64,000 bases of DNA from Octopus vulgaris (taxonomy: Eukaryota): the NCBI GenBank assembly GCA_951406725.2, contig OX597816.1:118978001-119042000 (forward strand). The letters are read 5' to 3'. The position numbers and the translations under genes were made by a program. Every line of letters begins with the position of its first letter. Position 1 is the stretch's first letter. A model generated the notes under the pieces. That model was not told the origin of the DNA, made no database searches, and worked only from the letters and a program-made list of their open reading frames with translations. Shown piece by piece: positions 40,140 to 53,357 of the stretch.

Positions 40140-40743
40140 TAGATATAAACGTATACATATACACATGCATACGCACACACATATACATATACATACACAT
40201 ACAAGGTAATCTTTTCCCCTCTTCCCGCTCTCTCTGCTTCTTTTGTTTGTGTGTGTATATATAAATGTGTGTGTGTTTGTGTGTGAGCGTGTGCCTGTGT
40301 GTTTATGTATATTTATGTTTAGCTTAAGTTACATAAGTAAAAATGCATGCTTAAAAATCATATAATCTTGCTCTAGAATATGGAATGCTCTCTCTCTCTC
40401 TCTCTCCCTCCATACTCCATCTCTCTCTCTCTCTCTCTCTCTCCTTCTCTTCTACCCGTTAAGTTGGTAGCATGATGGTATGGGCATCGGATTCACTTGC
40501 TGTGATGCTAAAAAAAAAGCAGCTCAGAGACATATAACGAAACGCTTCAAAGTTTGTGTTCGGTTAAGCCTACTTTGTAAACTCTTGTTAGTTTGGAAAC
40601 TTTACAAATATTCCTCACACACCAAAACACCAAACGAAATTATTAGAAACAATTATAACTGAAGTAGTTACTATAGTATGTGTGTATGTACGTATGCATG
40701 TATGAAGGCAAATATATATATATATGTATGTATATATAATATA

Positions 40744-40774
<31 letters not shown>

Positions 40775-40777
40775 CAT

Positions 40778-40870
<93 letters not shown>

Positions 40871-41274
40871 GCTTCAAGGTTCATCCAAGACTTGGACCAC
40901 GGGCTATACGTCCCCTGCCCAATTCAAGATCACAACATACATGTACACTGCAACATAATTTCTTTTCCTCAACAGGCCCTGCCCTATTTAACATTGTCCC
41001 GAGGGAGATCAAAGAGGAAAAGGATCCCATCAACTTTAAACAGAGTCTGGATAGATTCCTTCAAAGAATACCAGATAAGCCACCCATAATTGGATACAAC
41101 TCACCCAACAAGAACTCACTACTTGAACAAAACTGGATACAACTCACCCAACAAGAACTCACTACTTGAACAAAACTTGACTTAAACAGGATTCGAATAA
41201 TCCTATCAGGTGGTGCTATTAAGTTAGACATGGCCTGGACCAATCTTTGGTCGAAACATATCTAAGTTTATCTA

Positions 41275-41280
<6 letters not shown>
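40871..41280 (+). mobile_element. 3' fragment of CR1-group LINE with 43-bp internal tandem duplication and (TCTAAGTTTA)2 tail
   Basis: FKVHPRLGPRAIRP...GPALFNI...FKQSLDRFLQRIPDKPP aligns with the C-terminus of the 482-aa ORF. Duplication 41091-41176. (TA)n on both sides. Confidence 0.9.
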
Positions 41281-41347
<67 letters not shown>

Positions 41348-41780
41348 GTGTGTGCATCTATCTGCCTGTCTCTCCGTCTGTCAGTCTGGCGGCTAGATGC
41401 AATATTAAACCAAATAGGAAAAATTTAGTTATCTATACAGGTATATAACATATTTGTGTGTATGTATGTACTTATGAAACGAAATAATGTGACTGTGCGT
41501 ATACATATGTGTGTTTATGTGTGAGTATTAATGAATTTTTGTTTGCACATATGCAAATGTGAATGGGTGCGTGCGTACGTATGCATATAATAGTGTCCAA
41601 ATCAATGTGCGATAATTAATTTGTGTTTATTCGAGTGTGCTTGTTTATGTATGTACGCATGTGTTCGTGTGTGTTTTTAGATAATTAAATATACATGTGC
41701 GTTTGTGTATATAAATTCCATATAATTATAACAAGCTTCCACATACTGAGAGCCATCTCTGATATATATATTGTTGAAGG

Positions 41781-41851
<71 letters not shown>

Positions 41852-42804
41852 TACATACACACACATACACATATATACATATTTCCATATATACATGTAT
41901 GCATGTATATGTTACCAGCGAGAGTGCGTATGTGTTTGCAAGAGTGCAATATAATGAACGTGTGTATGTATATATATTTGTACATCATATAATTAATATC
42001 GGGCAGACTTCTATATAACGACCAGTCATCGCGGCATTTTGTGTCTTTTGTTTCCTAAATATTAAAACACGAGTTATTTGTATCACCAATGGTGATGAAC
42101 AATAGCTCAGGCTGCTATTTCTTTTCTTTTTCTTTATTAAAAACAAAATAATGCACAGATATCATCATCGTCATCTTGAATATTACAATTATCCTCTCAT
42201 CACCAAAAACCATAATCGTAGATGATTTGGCTGAATCGATAGAGCATCACTTTTTGTATGATAAGGTGAAATTTTTCAAGCACAAAATCCAAATTTTGAA
42301 TGAAGTGCAAAAGTTTCTACAACCATTCAAAATGCTTCTGCATGTTGCCTAGAAATTTATAGAGAGCGAAAAAAAGCTTCTTCTAAGCAAACAGCTCTAC
42401 AAGTCCGTCTACGGGTGCTAGTGAATCAGTGAGTCTAGTGTGAGTGAAAGGGATTCAGAAAACAATTTTAATAATAATATCTTTTATTATAAATGATCAT
42501 GACATTATTTTTACTTTACATGAGATATTCTTTATATTCTACTATTGTTTTATTGCCATTTATTTACGAGTATTATAAATTTTATAGGTAAAATATTTTT
42601 CTGGGAACAAATTACGATTTATAACATGGGAAATTATTGCTCTGTTTTACGAGTTTTCGCTTATGAGCGGTCTCTGGAAACAAATTAACTCGTATAACGA
42701 GGCATTATTGTGTGTGTGTATATATATATATATATGTATATATATGTAAATATATGTATATGTATGAATGCATGTGTGTATGTGAGTGCGTATGTATGTA
42801 CGTA

Positions 42805-42950
42805 TACGACTAGCTTCTTTCAGTTTCTGTCTTCGAAATTCACTCGCGATGCTTTGGTCGGTCCTGAGGTAATGCCACGCTGTGGGACTGAACCAGGAAC
42901 CATGTAGATGGAAAGTAAACTTCTTACTACTCAGCCACACCTGCGCCTAT
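42805..42950 (-). mobile_element. SINE family A, 5' half
   Basis: CTTCTTTCAGTTTCTGTC...GCCACGCTGTGGGACTGAACC...CAGCCACACCTGCGCCT. Confidence 0.8.
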
Positions 42951-43690
42951 ATCTTAAATAATTCAACATGGTCGACTTCAGGAATAGTACGAACCTAATA
43001 CTGACACACAAAAACATTCGAATAAATTTTCTTACACATTTGCTTCCATACCATACACATGCATATGCGCGCGTGCACACACACATAAAAGAGAGAGAAA
43101 GTATAACAGAACGCTATAATGAAGTATAAAATAATGAAGGCAAGTATGATAAATAGAGATAACTGAATCTATGAATGATAAACCATCTCATTTACATATC
43201 AAAGCCAATTACACCTTATTTACTCTTTACGAACAATCATTTCAGAGAGATAGACAGACCAACAGACAAACAAGCAGGTAAACAGACAGACAAGCAGACA
43301 GATAGACAGACAGATTGATAGATAGATGGATAGATAGAAAGATAGATAGATAGATATATAGATAGATAGTGAGAGACCATTAGATGGAGAGAGAAAGAGA
43401 AAGAGTGAGAGAGAGATAAAGAAAGCGGGTGTTTTTTTTTTACTTTAACTAGTTTTGCTGTTCAACATATTCAGAAATGAGTTGTCTTCAACAGAAAATT
43501 CAACAGCGAATTAAGAGCCTTGTTATCCACAACAATAGGTGATTTAAATGAATGCATTTCATTTTATTCGTAAAAAACTTTCACACCATGTAAGCAGTAT
43601 CTTATTATTGTTATTATTTTTTATTTATCTTTTGCGGTGTTGTGGACAAGTTTTCTTTTATTCTATGCATGTGTTGCTTTTCTTTATCTG

Positions 43691-43778
<88 letters not shown>

Positions 43779-45086
43779 TTAAATATTTGATTTGTGAATT
43801 TATCTTCGATCGACTTTTATTATTGAACGGTTAGAAACGATGTGTTCTGCTCATTTTATCAATCACGAAATAACCTTAATTGGGTAGGTTATATTGGTTG
43901 AAACAAAATGAAAAATATAAAAATAGGAAGAAAAAAAAAGTCATATCAAAAACTTAGCAAATAAACAAATCTCCATCTTTAGGGAACGAAGAGAACGGTG
44001 AGGAAATTGAACGAAGGAGGAAAGATGCAGAAAAAAGTAATAAAGAAAGATTAAAACAATAAAATGCCATAATGAGCATGGTGGTAGTGGTGGTGGTGGT
44101 GGTGGTGAGTATGAAGATGGTGATGGTGAGTATGACGATGGTGATGGTGGAGGTGTTGAAAGGTTGGTGGTGACGGTAGTGAGATGTAAAGTGATAATGG
44201 AGATGTGTTAAGCAACCGAGGAAGTGTGGTTTGTGTGTGTTTGCGGGAGTATGTGTGCATCTGTATGTAATTAAGACGTTAGAAATGGATAATGAAAGAT
44301 ACTAGGAATAAAAGATGAGAAACACATGAAGAAATAAGACAATAAAAGGAGAAAAAAAAGAATAAAAGGAAGAGCTTTAATCAAAATTCAAATAAAAAGA
44401 TACATTTTAAAATATTCCTCAAGGAACAAATTTAAATATATTGACGAGGAATTTTAAGTAACGTGCAGCCTGAAGATACAACCAAAAGTATTCGGTCAGA
44501 TAAGGTCTAACAAATCTGCTATAATGAACACTAATTATACGGGAGGAAAATCCCATTTCTCTTATAGCTACAGGTGTGTTGCTTAGGTAGCCGAGATTCC
44601 CAAGGGAAGCTGTTGAGTGTCTTTGATGTAGTTGTATAAGGTGACAGCTACCAGAATCTAAGGACTCTTATATTTCTATTTCTTATCTATCAAATCCTCT
44701 ATTTCTCTTTCTGGCTGAAAAGATCCTAGCTTTGGGTAAAAGAAAATACAGGAAGATCAGTTAACTGTGATATTATTCAACATATTCTCCTCTCAGATTC
44801 ACACTCTTATTGCAACGGTCCTTTAGTTTTTCTAAGTCCTGTAAAAGAACTCGGGAGGCTGGGCCTCTAACCAGGCCTTTCGCGACACCCTTAAAGCAAG
44901 GAACTTTTCAGCACACCCTCATATATATACACACACTAATGCGCACGCACACACACAAACACACGCACATACACATGCATACACATGCATATATATGTGT
45001 GTATATATATATATACACACACACACGCTAATATCAAACGGTGGGAGTGAGTGTTCAACAGTGCATTGGTGGATAAACAGTTTTTA

Positions 45087-45290
45087 TTTGTAGGTTAGAC
45101 GGACTACCATTGGTTTCATGCTGAGACATATCCCAACAATTATTCAAGTCTGCCACATTAGACATTGGTGTTCGTTTCCATCTTTTCATCCAAGATAGAG
45201 ACAAACACCAACGTCCCATGTGGCAGACTTGAATAATTGACACATATCTCTCTCAACGTGAAACCAATGGTAGTCTGATTAACTTACAAA
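45087..45290. repeat. ~100-bp-arm hairpin (MITE-like fold-back)
   Basis: Perfect paired blocks GACTACCATTGGTTTCA/TGAAACCAATGGTAGTC and CAATTATTCAAGTCTGCCACAT/ATGTGGCAGACTTGAATAATTG, with a 7-nt loop near 45188. Confidence 0.9.
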
Positions 45291-45552
45291 CAGAGTATGT
45301 GTGTGCGTTTGTGTGTGTGTGTGAGTGTATAATGCATGTCTGTGTATGTGGGTATAGAGTTAACGTCACAAGAAATTAAAAAATTCGAATAACATGAAAT
45401 AATTCATTTTTAACGCATGAACTCAAAATAAAGCTATAAGTAATAGCAGGTAAATATTTGAAGGGTTAAAACACGTTTTATGCATTTCGTGTCCAACCGT
45501 TAAAAACGAGTCATATATATACACATATAGTACATATATGTATATGCATATG

Positions 45553-45584
<32 letters not shown>

Positions 45585-45669
45585 TGTATGTATGTATGTA
45601 TGTATGTATGTATGTATGTATATATATATATATATATATATACATATACATACATACATATATATATAT

Positions 45670-47265
45670 AACTTAGAATAACTTAGAAAGGTTTTTGGCC
45701 AGTATTGGCCCAGGCCATGTCTAACTTAATAGCACCACCTGGCGAAGTCTTTCAGTTCAGGATTTGGGCACCAAGGCCCATTCGAGCAGAGAGTTATTGT
45801 TTGCGGAGACATATCCGGGTGTGGGTGGTTTGTCCGGTACTGTTTGAAGGAATTTGTCCAAAGACTTCTTGAATTTTGTGTGGTCAGTTTCTTTTTTGAC
45901 GTGTCCTGGTGTAATGTTGAAGAGAGCGGGTCCAATTGAGGTGAAATAGTTGTGCCGTATTGTCGTTATGTGATGCGATTTAGATTTTTGTTGTGGACGG
46001 ATGGCACGTGGTCCAAGCCTTGGATGTATTTTGAAGGTGATGCCAACATCATTCGGACAGTGCTGATGGAATATTTTCCACATCATACAGATAATGTAGC
46101 GTTCACGGCGTCGTTGGAGTGAATACAATTTCAGCTTCTCTAGTCTACCCCAGTAGTCAAGGTCTGACATGCCATCTATCTTTTTTGTGATTGACCTTTG
46201 GGGAGCTTCAATTCTCATAATATTTTGTTTTGTGTAGGGAGACCACAGTGGACAGCAGTATTCAAGGTGGGGTCGGGCAAAAGTGGAGAAGAGAAGGATA
46301 ATAGCGTGGGAATCTCTCGACTGGAAGGTTCTGAGAATCCAGGAACACATTCTGCGGGCCATGTCAACTTTGCTGCTTATATGTGTAGCCCAGCTTATGT
46401 TGTTGTCCACTGTTACTCCCAGGTCTCTGATGTTGTTGGATGCCATGAGAATTTCTCCAGAAGGAAGAGAGTATGGGAGTTTCAGAGCGTCCTCCCTTCC
46501 AAAGTGGATCAGTTCGAATTTGTCTTCATTTAGCAACATGTTATTCTTTTCCGCCCATTGGACAACAGCCAGTAGGTCTGACTGAAGGTTTATTCGGTCA
46601 TCCACGCCATTGATGACCTTCTGGAGCTTGGAATCATCAGCGAAGGTTCTGATGTTGCTGTGTTTGATGGTGTCAGTAATATCATTTATGTAGATGATGA
46701 AGAGAAGTGGGCCCAACACAGTGCCTTGTGGGACACCACTGCTGACTTTGGCTGGGCTGGATTTGACTCCTTCGACTACAACATGTTGGGTTCTGTTAGA
46801 GAGGAAGCACTTGATCCATTGCAGCAGCTTTCCAGTGACACCAATATTGGACAGCTTTCTCAGAAGGATCTTATGATCAACCCTGTCAAAGGCCTTGCTG
46901 AAATCAAGGTAGATGACATCAGTGTTGGAACCCTCTCCCAAGGCTCTCAAAATGTCATCAAAATGATGCAGTAGCTGCGTCAGGCAATCTCTCCCATTAC
47001 GGAATCCATGCTGGTTGGGGTTCAGCATATTATGACTCTCAAGGAAGTGAGTCATACGCGATCTCAGCACCCTCTCAAATACCTTGATGATATGAGAGGT
47101 GAGTGAGATTGGACGGTAATTCACGGCAAGCGATTTGTTTCCTTTTTTGAAAACTGGGACAACAGACTGGGATAGAAGGTCTTCTGGTATATATCCAGCA
47201 TCCAATGAGTTCCGCCACAGATTGGCTAGAGGGGGTGCAAGTTGGTTTTGATGGATGCGTGGCGT
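45670..47265 (-). mobile_element. 5'-truncated CR1-group LINE inserted in (TA)n
   Basis: RT ORF, then a 3' UTR shared with 41205-41280 and a tandem TTCTAAGTTA tail. TA-rich repeats on both sides. Confidence 0.92.
45757..47205 (-). CDS. LINE ORF2 reverse transcriptase domain (open 482 aa, N-terminally truncated)
   Basis: NYRPISLTS, NQHGFR, YLDFSKAFDRVDH, SGVPQGTVLGPLLFIIYINDI, FADD, RDLGV, RPHLEYCCPLWSP. Confidence 0.93.
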   Translation of the reverse strand: MDAGYIPEDLLSQSVVPVFKKGNKSLAVNYRPISLTSHIIKVFERVLRSRMTHFLESHNMLNPNQHGFRNGRDCLTQLLHHFDDILRALGEGSNTDVIYLDFSKAFDRVDHKILLRKLSNIGVTGKLLQWIKCFLSNRTQHVVVEGVKSSPAKVSSGVPQGTVLGPLLFIIYINDITDTIKHSNIRTFADDSKLQKVINGVDDRINLQSDLLAVVQWAEKNNMLLNEDKFELIHFGREDALKLPYSLPSGEILMASNNIRDLGVTVDNNISWATHISSKVDMARRMCSWILRTFQSRDSHAIILLFSTFARPHLEYCCPLWSPYTKQNIMRIEAPQRSITKKIDGMSDLDYWGRLEKLKLYSLQRRRERYIICMMWKIFHQHCPNDVGITFKIHPRLGPRAIRPQQKSKSHHITTIRHNYFTSIGPALFNITPGHVKKETDHTKFKKSLDKFLQTVPDKPPTPGYVSANNNSLLEWALVPKS

Positions 47266-47409
47266 TCAATTAAATAGTAATATAAATAATATATATATGT
47301 ATGTATGTATATGTATATATGTATATATGTATATATGTATATATGTATGTATGTATATATGTATGTATGTATATGTATATATGTATATATGTATATATAT
47401 ATATGCTTA

Positions 47410-47700
47410 TATGGGTACAGGACGTCACCAACTGTGCAAACAACATCAAGTACAAAAACAAATGAGTTAAATACGCAAACAACGAGAGAAAAAATGGAAA
47501 ACAGGACAAGTAACAAAAAGAACGACCCTTCATCAGTTGTCTGCTGAAGGAGTAGATAGACAATCGGCAACTGATGGATGAAGGGCCTTTGTTTGTGTTA
47601 CTTGTCCTGTTTTCCATTTTCCACTCGATGTTTGCGTATTTAACTCGTATATTTTCTTACATCATGTTGTTTACACAGTTGGTGACGTTCTGTAACCATA
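47410..47700. repeat. Head-to-head inverted pair of a ~140-bp element end, flanked by TA-rich repeats
   Basis: TATGGGTACAGGACGTCACCAACTGTG...CCCTTCATCAGTTG versus CAACTGATGGATGAAGGG...CACAGTTGGTGACGTTCTGTAACCATA. A third, longer copy lies at 48000-48470. Confidence 0.85.
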
Positions 47701-47764
47701 TATACATATATATATATATATATGTGTGTGTGTGTATAAAAAATATATATTCTATTAATCTTTT

Positions 47765-47990
47765 TCTCGTTTCAATCATTTGCGGCCATGCTGGAGCACC
47801 GCCTTAAAGGGTTTTAGTCAAAGGAATCGCCCCCCCCCCCAGGACTTATTCTTTGTAAGCCTAGTACTTAGTCTAGCGGTCTCTTTTGCCCAATCACTAT
47901 GTTACGTTGACATAAGCACATCAGCATGGGTTATCAAGCGATAGTAAATTGGTGGGTGGGTGGGACAAACAGATACAAAGACACATATAT
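47765..47990 (-). mobile_element. SINE family A, 3' half
   Basis: GCGGCCATGCTGGAGCACCGCC...AGGACTTATTCTTTGTAAGCCTAGTACTTA. Confidence 0.85.
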
Positions 47991-47999
47991 ATATATATA

Positions 48000-48470
48000 T
48001 GGATACAGGACATCACCAACGGTGCAAATAACATGAAATACGTAGATAAACGAGTTAAATACGTAAACAACGAGAGAAAAAATGGAAAAAGGACAAGTAA
48101 ACATAGAGAAAGGACCTTTCATCAGTTGTCGGATGTCTATCTACTCCTCATTTCGAGCATTCAACGACAATGTGAGTCTTCAAAGACAGCTGCCCCCATA
48201 AATTCTAAAATAAAGTTTAGGATTTATGGAGGCTCAAAGTTAGGAAAAAAACATGACAGTGGAGACATAGAAGGAAACCGAACGAAAACAAACATGGAAG
48301 GTCGTTAGACCAAAACGAGAAGAAAATAGTGAACGCTGTGAGAAACATTTTTTTGAAAAGAGATAAGATAGAAGAGAGATAGAAAAAAACACATCCGCTC
48401 TTTTGAACGTCTGTGCAGGAAAAGAAAGATGGTCACACGAGGAAAAGAAATATGGACGATGGTCACGTAT
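48000..48470 (-). mobile_element. Longer copy of the 47410-47700 repeat family (possible PLE terminus)
   Basis: GGATACAGGACATCACCAAC...GAGAGAAAAATGGAAAAAGGACAAGTAA...CCTTTCATCAGTTGTC; starts at (TA)n. Confidence 0.6.
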
Positions 48471-48589
48471 GAGCAACAAGAGAGAAAGAGAGAGAGAAAG
48501 GGAAAGAGGGAGAGAGAGAGACAGATAGAGAACCGTGAAGGAGGGAGGGGAGAAATAGGGAATTATATACATGTATGTGTGTTTGTATG

Positions 48590-48941
48590 ATGGAATTTCA
48601 CAGTTTCCTTTTACCAAATTCACCGACGAGGCATTGGTTGGTCCGAGGCTTCAGTAAAAGAACTTGCTCAAGGTGTCGTGTAGTGTGATAGAACCAGAAC
48701 ACGTTTGCAAAGCGTGATTCTTAACCACACAGCCACTATAAAGTTTTAAAAACCCAAGTCATCTCTAACTTGGTTATGAACATAGACGCAGACGTGGTCG
48801 TGTGGTTAAGAAGTTTGCTTACAAAGCACATAGTTTCGGGTTCAATCCCACTGCATGACACTTTGGGTACTATAGTCTCGGGCTAATCAAAGGCTTGTGA
48901 GTGGATTTGATAGATGGAAACTGACAGAGGCTCGTCATACA

Positions 48942-48987
<46 letters not shown>

Positions 48988-49200
48988 CCCATTTGTGTCT
49001 TTGTTTTTGTCTCCCACTACTGCTTGACAACCGGTGCAAGTTTGTTTATGTCTCTTAGCTGTTTGGCAAAAGTCACCGATACAATATCTACCAGACTTTA
49101 AAAAAAATAAGCAGTGGGGTCGATTTTGTTCGACCGAATCCTTCAAGACGGTGTCCCAGTATGGGCACAGACCAATAACTGAAACAAGTAAAAGATAAAA
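48590..49200. mobile_element. Divergent SINE A pair: 5' half on - (48590-48735) and near full-length copy on + (48785-49200)
   Basis: Family A motifs on opposite strands. Confidence 0.8.
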
Positions 49201-49550
49201 GAACAATGAGGTACCACTTTAAAAGCGCCAAATATGAGTACCCTATCCACTTCATGAATATTATTACGTATCCCGTTTAACCAAAACTGCAATGGCGTCG
49301 TGATCTTTGAAACTCCATTTCCTCATGTTTAACATTCAGTTTCCTTAATTTCTTCCCCATTCAACCCCTCCCGCCCTGAAACAATGAATTTATTGTCTGA
49401 CTAGAAACCCTGGCAGAGGAATATCATGTTCAGCACTACAGACGGTAGTTAAGGAGAAGAACACCAATTCTCAACTAAGCCGTCACGTCTCAGTGATCAA
49501 ATATTTAAAATAAAAACTAGCTATACAATAAGTGCGGAATAGAAGACAAA

Positions 49551-49624
<74 letters not shown>

Positions 49625-50290
49625 ACAAATATGAAATACAACAACAAAAAGTGCAACAACTAACGTGCAGAATTTTCCAGAAGTCGGTTTTTATTTAATG
49701 TGAGTGGAGTGATTATATTGTCTTTCCTCCCTAAATGATTACGAAAGCCAGGCAATATGTATGTATCAACTAATTAATTAGGAGAGAGCAACATCTATAA
49801 TAGCTTGCTCTAGTTTGATGATAATGTTCGTTTATTGCCTTTTCTTCTTTTCTTACTACCTAACTATTCTTTCTTTCTCTCTTTCTAGCAATTAATTTAC
49901 GAGAGAGAGAGAGAGTGAGAGAGAGAGTACAAATTGTTTAGAGAATGCTTTCAAGAACAAATGAAACGTTTGTTGTATGAAAAAATAAAAATAATAAACC
50001 AGTGAAATATATATATATAAAAACAGCTAAAAATAAAGAGAGAGAAAGAAGGAAAGGAAGGAAGGAAGGAAGGGGAGAGTTGAACAAAAGCTGTATTAAG
50101 TAAGTGAACAGCTTGATTTTTTCATAGCGTTATTCATTGGAATATTATTTATTACTGGTTAAATGAGTAGGGTAAAAAGACACCGGCAGCTCACTATTAT
50201 ATACTATGAACGGCGATATATTATCACCGGTGCAAACTTTGATTAAAACAAAGAGAAAAGGAAGAGTGAGACAATGAATGAGACAGGGAC

Positions 50291-50361
<71 letters not shown>

Positions 50362-50449
50362 GAGTGAGGATGAGAGACATACAGAAAGAATGAAGTAGGG
50401 GATTATATATATATATGTATATATGTATATATATACACATATATATGTA

Positions 50450-50481
<32 letters not shown>

Positions 50482-50845
50482 CATAGAGAGAGAATGGAAA
50501 AAACAAATGTGTTACAGTTCATTTCGAGGCTGCAATGAATAGAGCAAGAAAAACAATGGTTTAGAAACACGATTCATCGCGGTTTAATTTCGTGTGGTAA
50601 ATAGCTTTGGCAGCGCCTCAGGATAACACTTTACTTTTGTGTTCTGTCGATTATTGCCCACCAATTAACACTTAATAAATGAAATCATAAAACCGTTGCT
50701 TCATTGCCTTACTCAATTACACGGCAGAGAAACACATTTATGCACGGCGATATATAATACATACGCGTACAACACGTGAATACGTGCATACACACACACA
50801 CACACAGATACAAAGGCAACATAATTCATACTGTATGCATGTGCA

Positions 50846-50884
<39 letters not shown>

Positions 50885-50920
50885 ATATATGTGTGTGTGT
50901 ATGTATATATGTATATATAC

Positions 50921-50979
<59 letters not shown>

Positions 50980-51241
50980 TATGTATATATATGTGTGTGT
51001 GTGTGTGTATATATACGTGTGTGATTGTAAATAATTATATATGTAAATAGGCGCGGGCGTGGGTGTACGGTAAGAAGTTTGCTTCCTAAATACATGGTTC
51101 TGGGTTCAGTGTCACCGTGTGGTACCTTGGGCTACTCTAGAAATATATATATATATATTTAAGGCGATGCTCCAGCACGGCCACAGTCACATGACTGAAA
51201 CAAGTAAACGAATAAGAGAATATATATATATATATATATAT

Positions 51242-51272
<31 letters not shown>

Positions 51273-52191
51273 AAGAGAGAAAACAGATGAGATCCAAAGA
51301 TTCTCGATATAGAATGCTCCTAATAGCGCTCAAATGCTTCGGACTTAGACTCCGATGTCTTTACGAGGGACCAATTCTGCGGTGTAAAGAGAGGCTATAA
51401 GAGGAATCCAGGTGAGCAGATATGGAGGCAGTTATGCAGATCAACAAATTAGATATGTCAGGTCACTTTCTCTTTCATGGATCTTGTTATCGTTTAGCCC
51501 TTGCTGATCCATTACTGAACAGACGTATGACCAAAAGCATTCCAGATAGTACCGGCTCCCGTTTGTTTAAATACACATTATACTTCGAACTACATTATCC
51601 AATGTGTCGTTGATGACAGATATGGTTTGAAGGAAATTTCGCTGCTATTTCAAGCAATGCAAATGACTGACCACCTAGAGTCTCCTTCACTGACTGTCAT
51701 TTAATGATAGTGACAGTTATAGTTCAGTGTCATATCTCAAAGAGATTTCTCAAACAGTAGTATGGTGTTTGTCGATCAAACACTTTACGAGATGCCAAGC
51801 TTCAATTTTAGTCGACCACCTCTTCATACCATTCCTACCTCCCATATTTACTTTCAGTGTATATTTTGTACGTTAAACAATCATTTGTCGAGTTACCTTC
51901 GCATGTCTTTTTCTTTTGTTATTTTTTCTTTATTTTATATGTTTTACTTTATATACCACCTGAACATTACAAAGAAAGTCAACGCCATTTGCTTTAAATA
52001 TAGAATAGAACTACAACATTAAAACAGGCTACGAAGTCAAAAACACAAGGAAGCATAAACATTGACATACGCTTATGCATACGTACGTACGTACATACAT
52101 ACATACATACATACATACATACATACATACATACATACATACATACATACATACATACAAGCATGTATATATACTCAGATATATATATACG

Positions 52192-52264
<73 letters not shown>

Positions 52265-52917
52265 GTCTATCTGTCTGTCTGTCTGTCTGTCTGTCTACAT
52301 ATATACACCTAAATATATGCGTGTTTTTATGTATGCTTGTATGTTTGTATATGTATTTATACATGTATGTATGTATGTATGTATGCATGCATGCATGTAT
52401 GTATGTATGTTTGTATGTATGTATGTATGTATGTATGTATGTATGTATGTATGTATGTATAAAGGGGTTTTAACAAGCCTGGTAGTTTGTTAGTCGTCGG
52501 AATGCGATGAAGTAAAATAAATCTTGCAGGTGTTTACTGATTCAATGATAGTTTCAACAAACGATAGGTTATTTGATTTCACTTCTTTTTTTTTCTTGCT
52601 ATTTCTTTCTTTCCAGCAACCATCAGTCAAAAATGTGTGAAAACCCCTCCAAATCGCACATAGTGACGTTGAAACGCCGAGCGAAATGCACACAATTGCT
52701 GAATTCTTGGTATGGGAAACTGTACAGAAGTAACTGAAAATGTCAGGAGTCTTAAGATGTGCCAAGATTTCACAAGGAGCTGTAAGATTTTATGATGGAA
52801 AAAAAGAATACCAGTAGACATCTATTATTTTTGTGTGTGCTGCTGCATGGCTAAAATTCACCTTGATTGCCGGTTGTATGTTCGGAATGTTTAGAGTCAA
52901 ATGTAGGATATAGGTAC

Positions 52918-53225
52918 TCACTCACTCACTCACTCACTCACTCACTCACTCACTCACTCACTCACTTACTCACTCACTCACTCACTCATTCACTCATTCA
53001 CTCACTCACTCACTCACTCATTCACTCACTCACTCACTCACTCACTCACTCACTCACTCACTCACTCATTCCTTTTTGCCTTCCTTCACTCACTCCTTCC
53101 TACCTTCCTTCCTCCATTCACTCACTCATTCCTTCACTCTTTCCTTCATTCCTTCCTTCCTTCACTCATTCCTTTCTTTCTTTCTTTCTCTTCTTTCTTC
53201 CTTCCTTCACTCACTCACTTTCATT
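52918..53225. repeat. (CACT)n grading into (CCTT)/(CTTT) microsatellite
   Basis: Direct observation. Confidence 0.95.
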
Positions 53226-53302
53226 TGGTCACTCACTCAAACATTCACTTATGCACATGTACATATATATACATATGTATACACATATTTTAATTTATAT
53301 AA

Positions 53303-53357
<55 letters not shown>

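Noticed and set aside
41224-41266. Three-way-junction-like motif TTAGA...GACCA/TGGTC GAAAC...TCTAA at the LINE 3' end
   Set aside because: No CUGANGA core, and the second copy has AAAAAC in place of GAAAC. Treated as a LINE 3' stem-loop rather than a hammerhead.
48105-48160. Minus-strand GAAA...CTGATGA order suggesting a type II hammerhead
   Set aside because: Stem I would be only 6 unpaired nt and stem II does not close.
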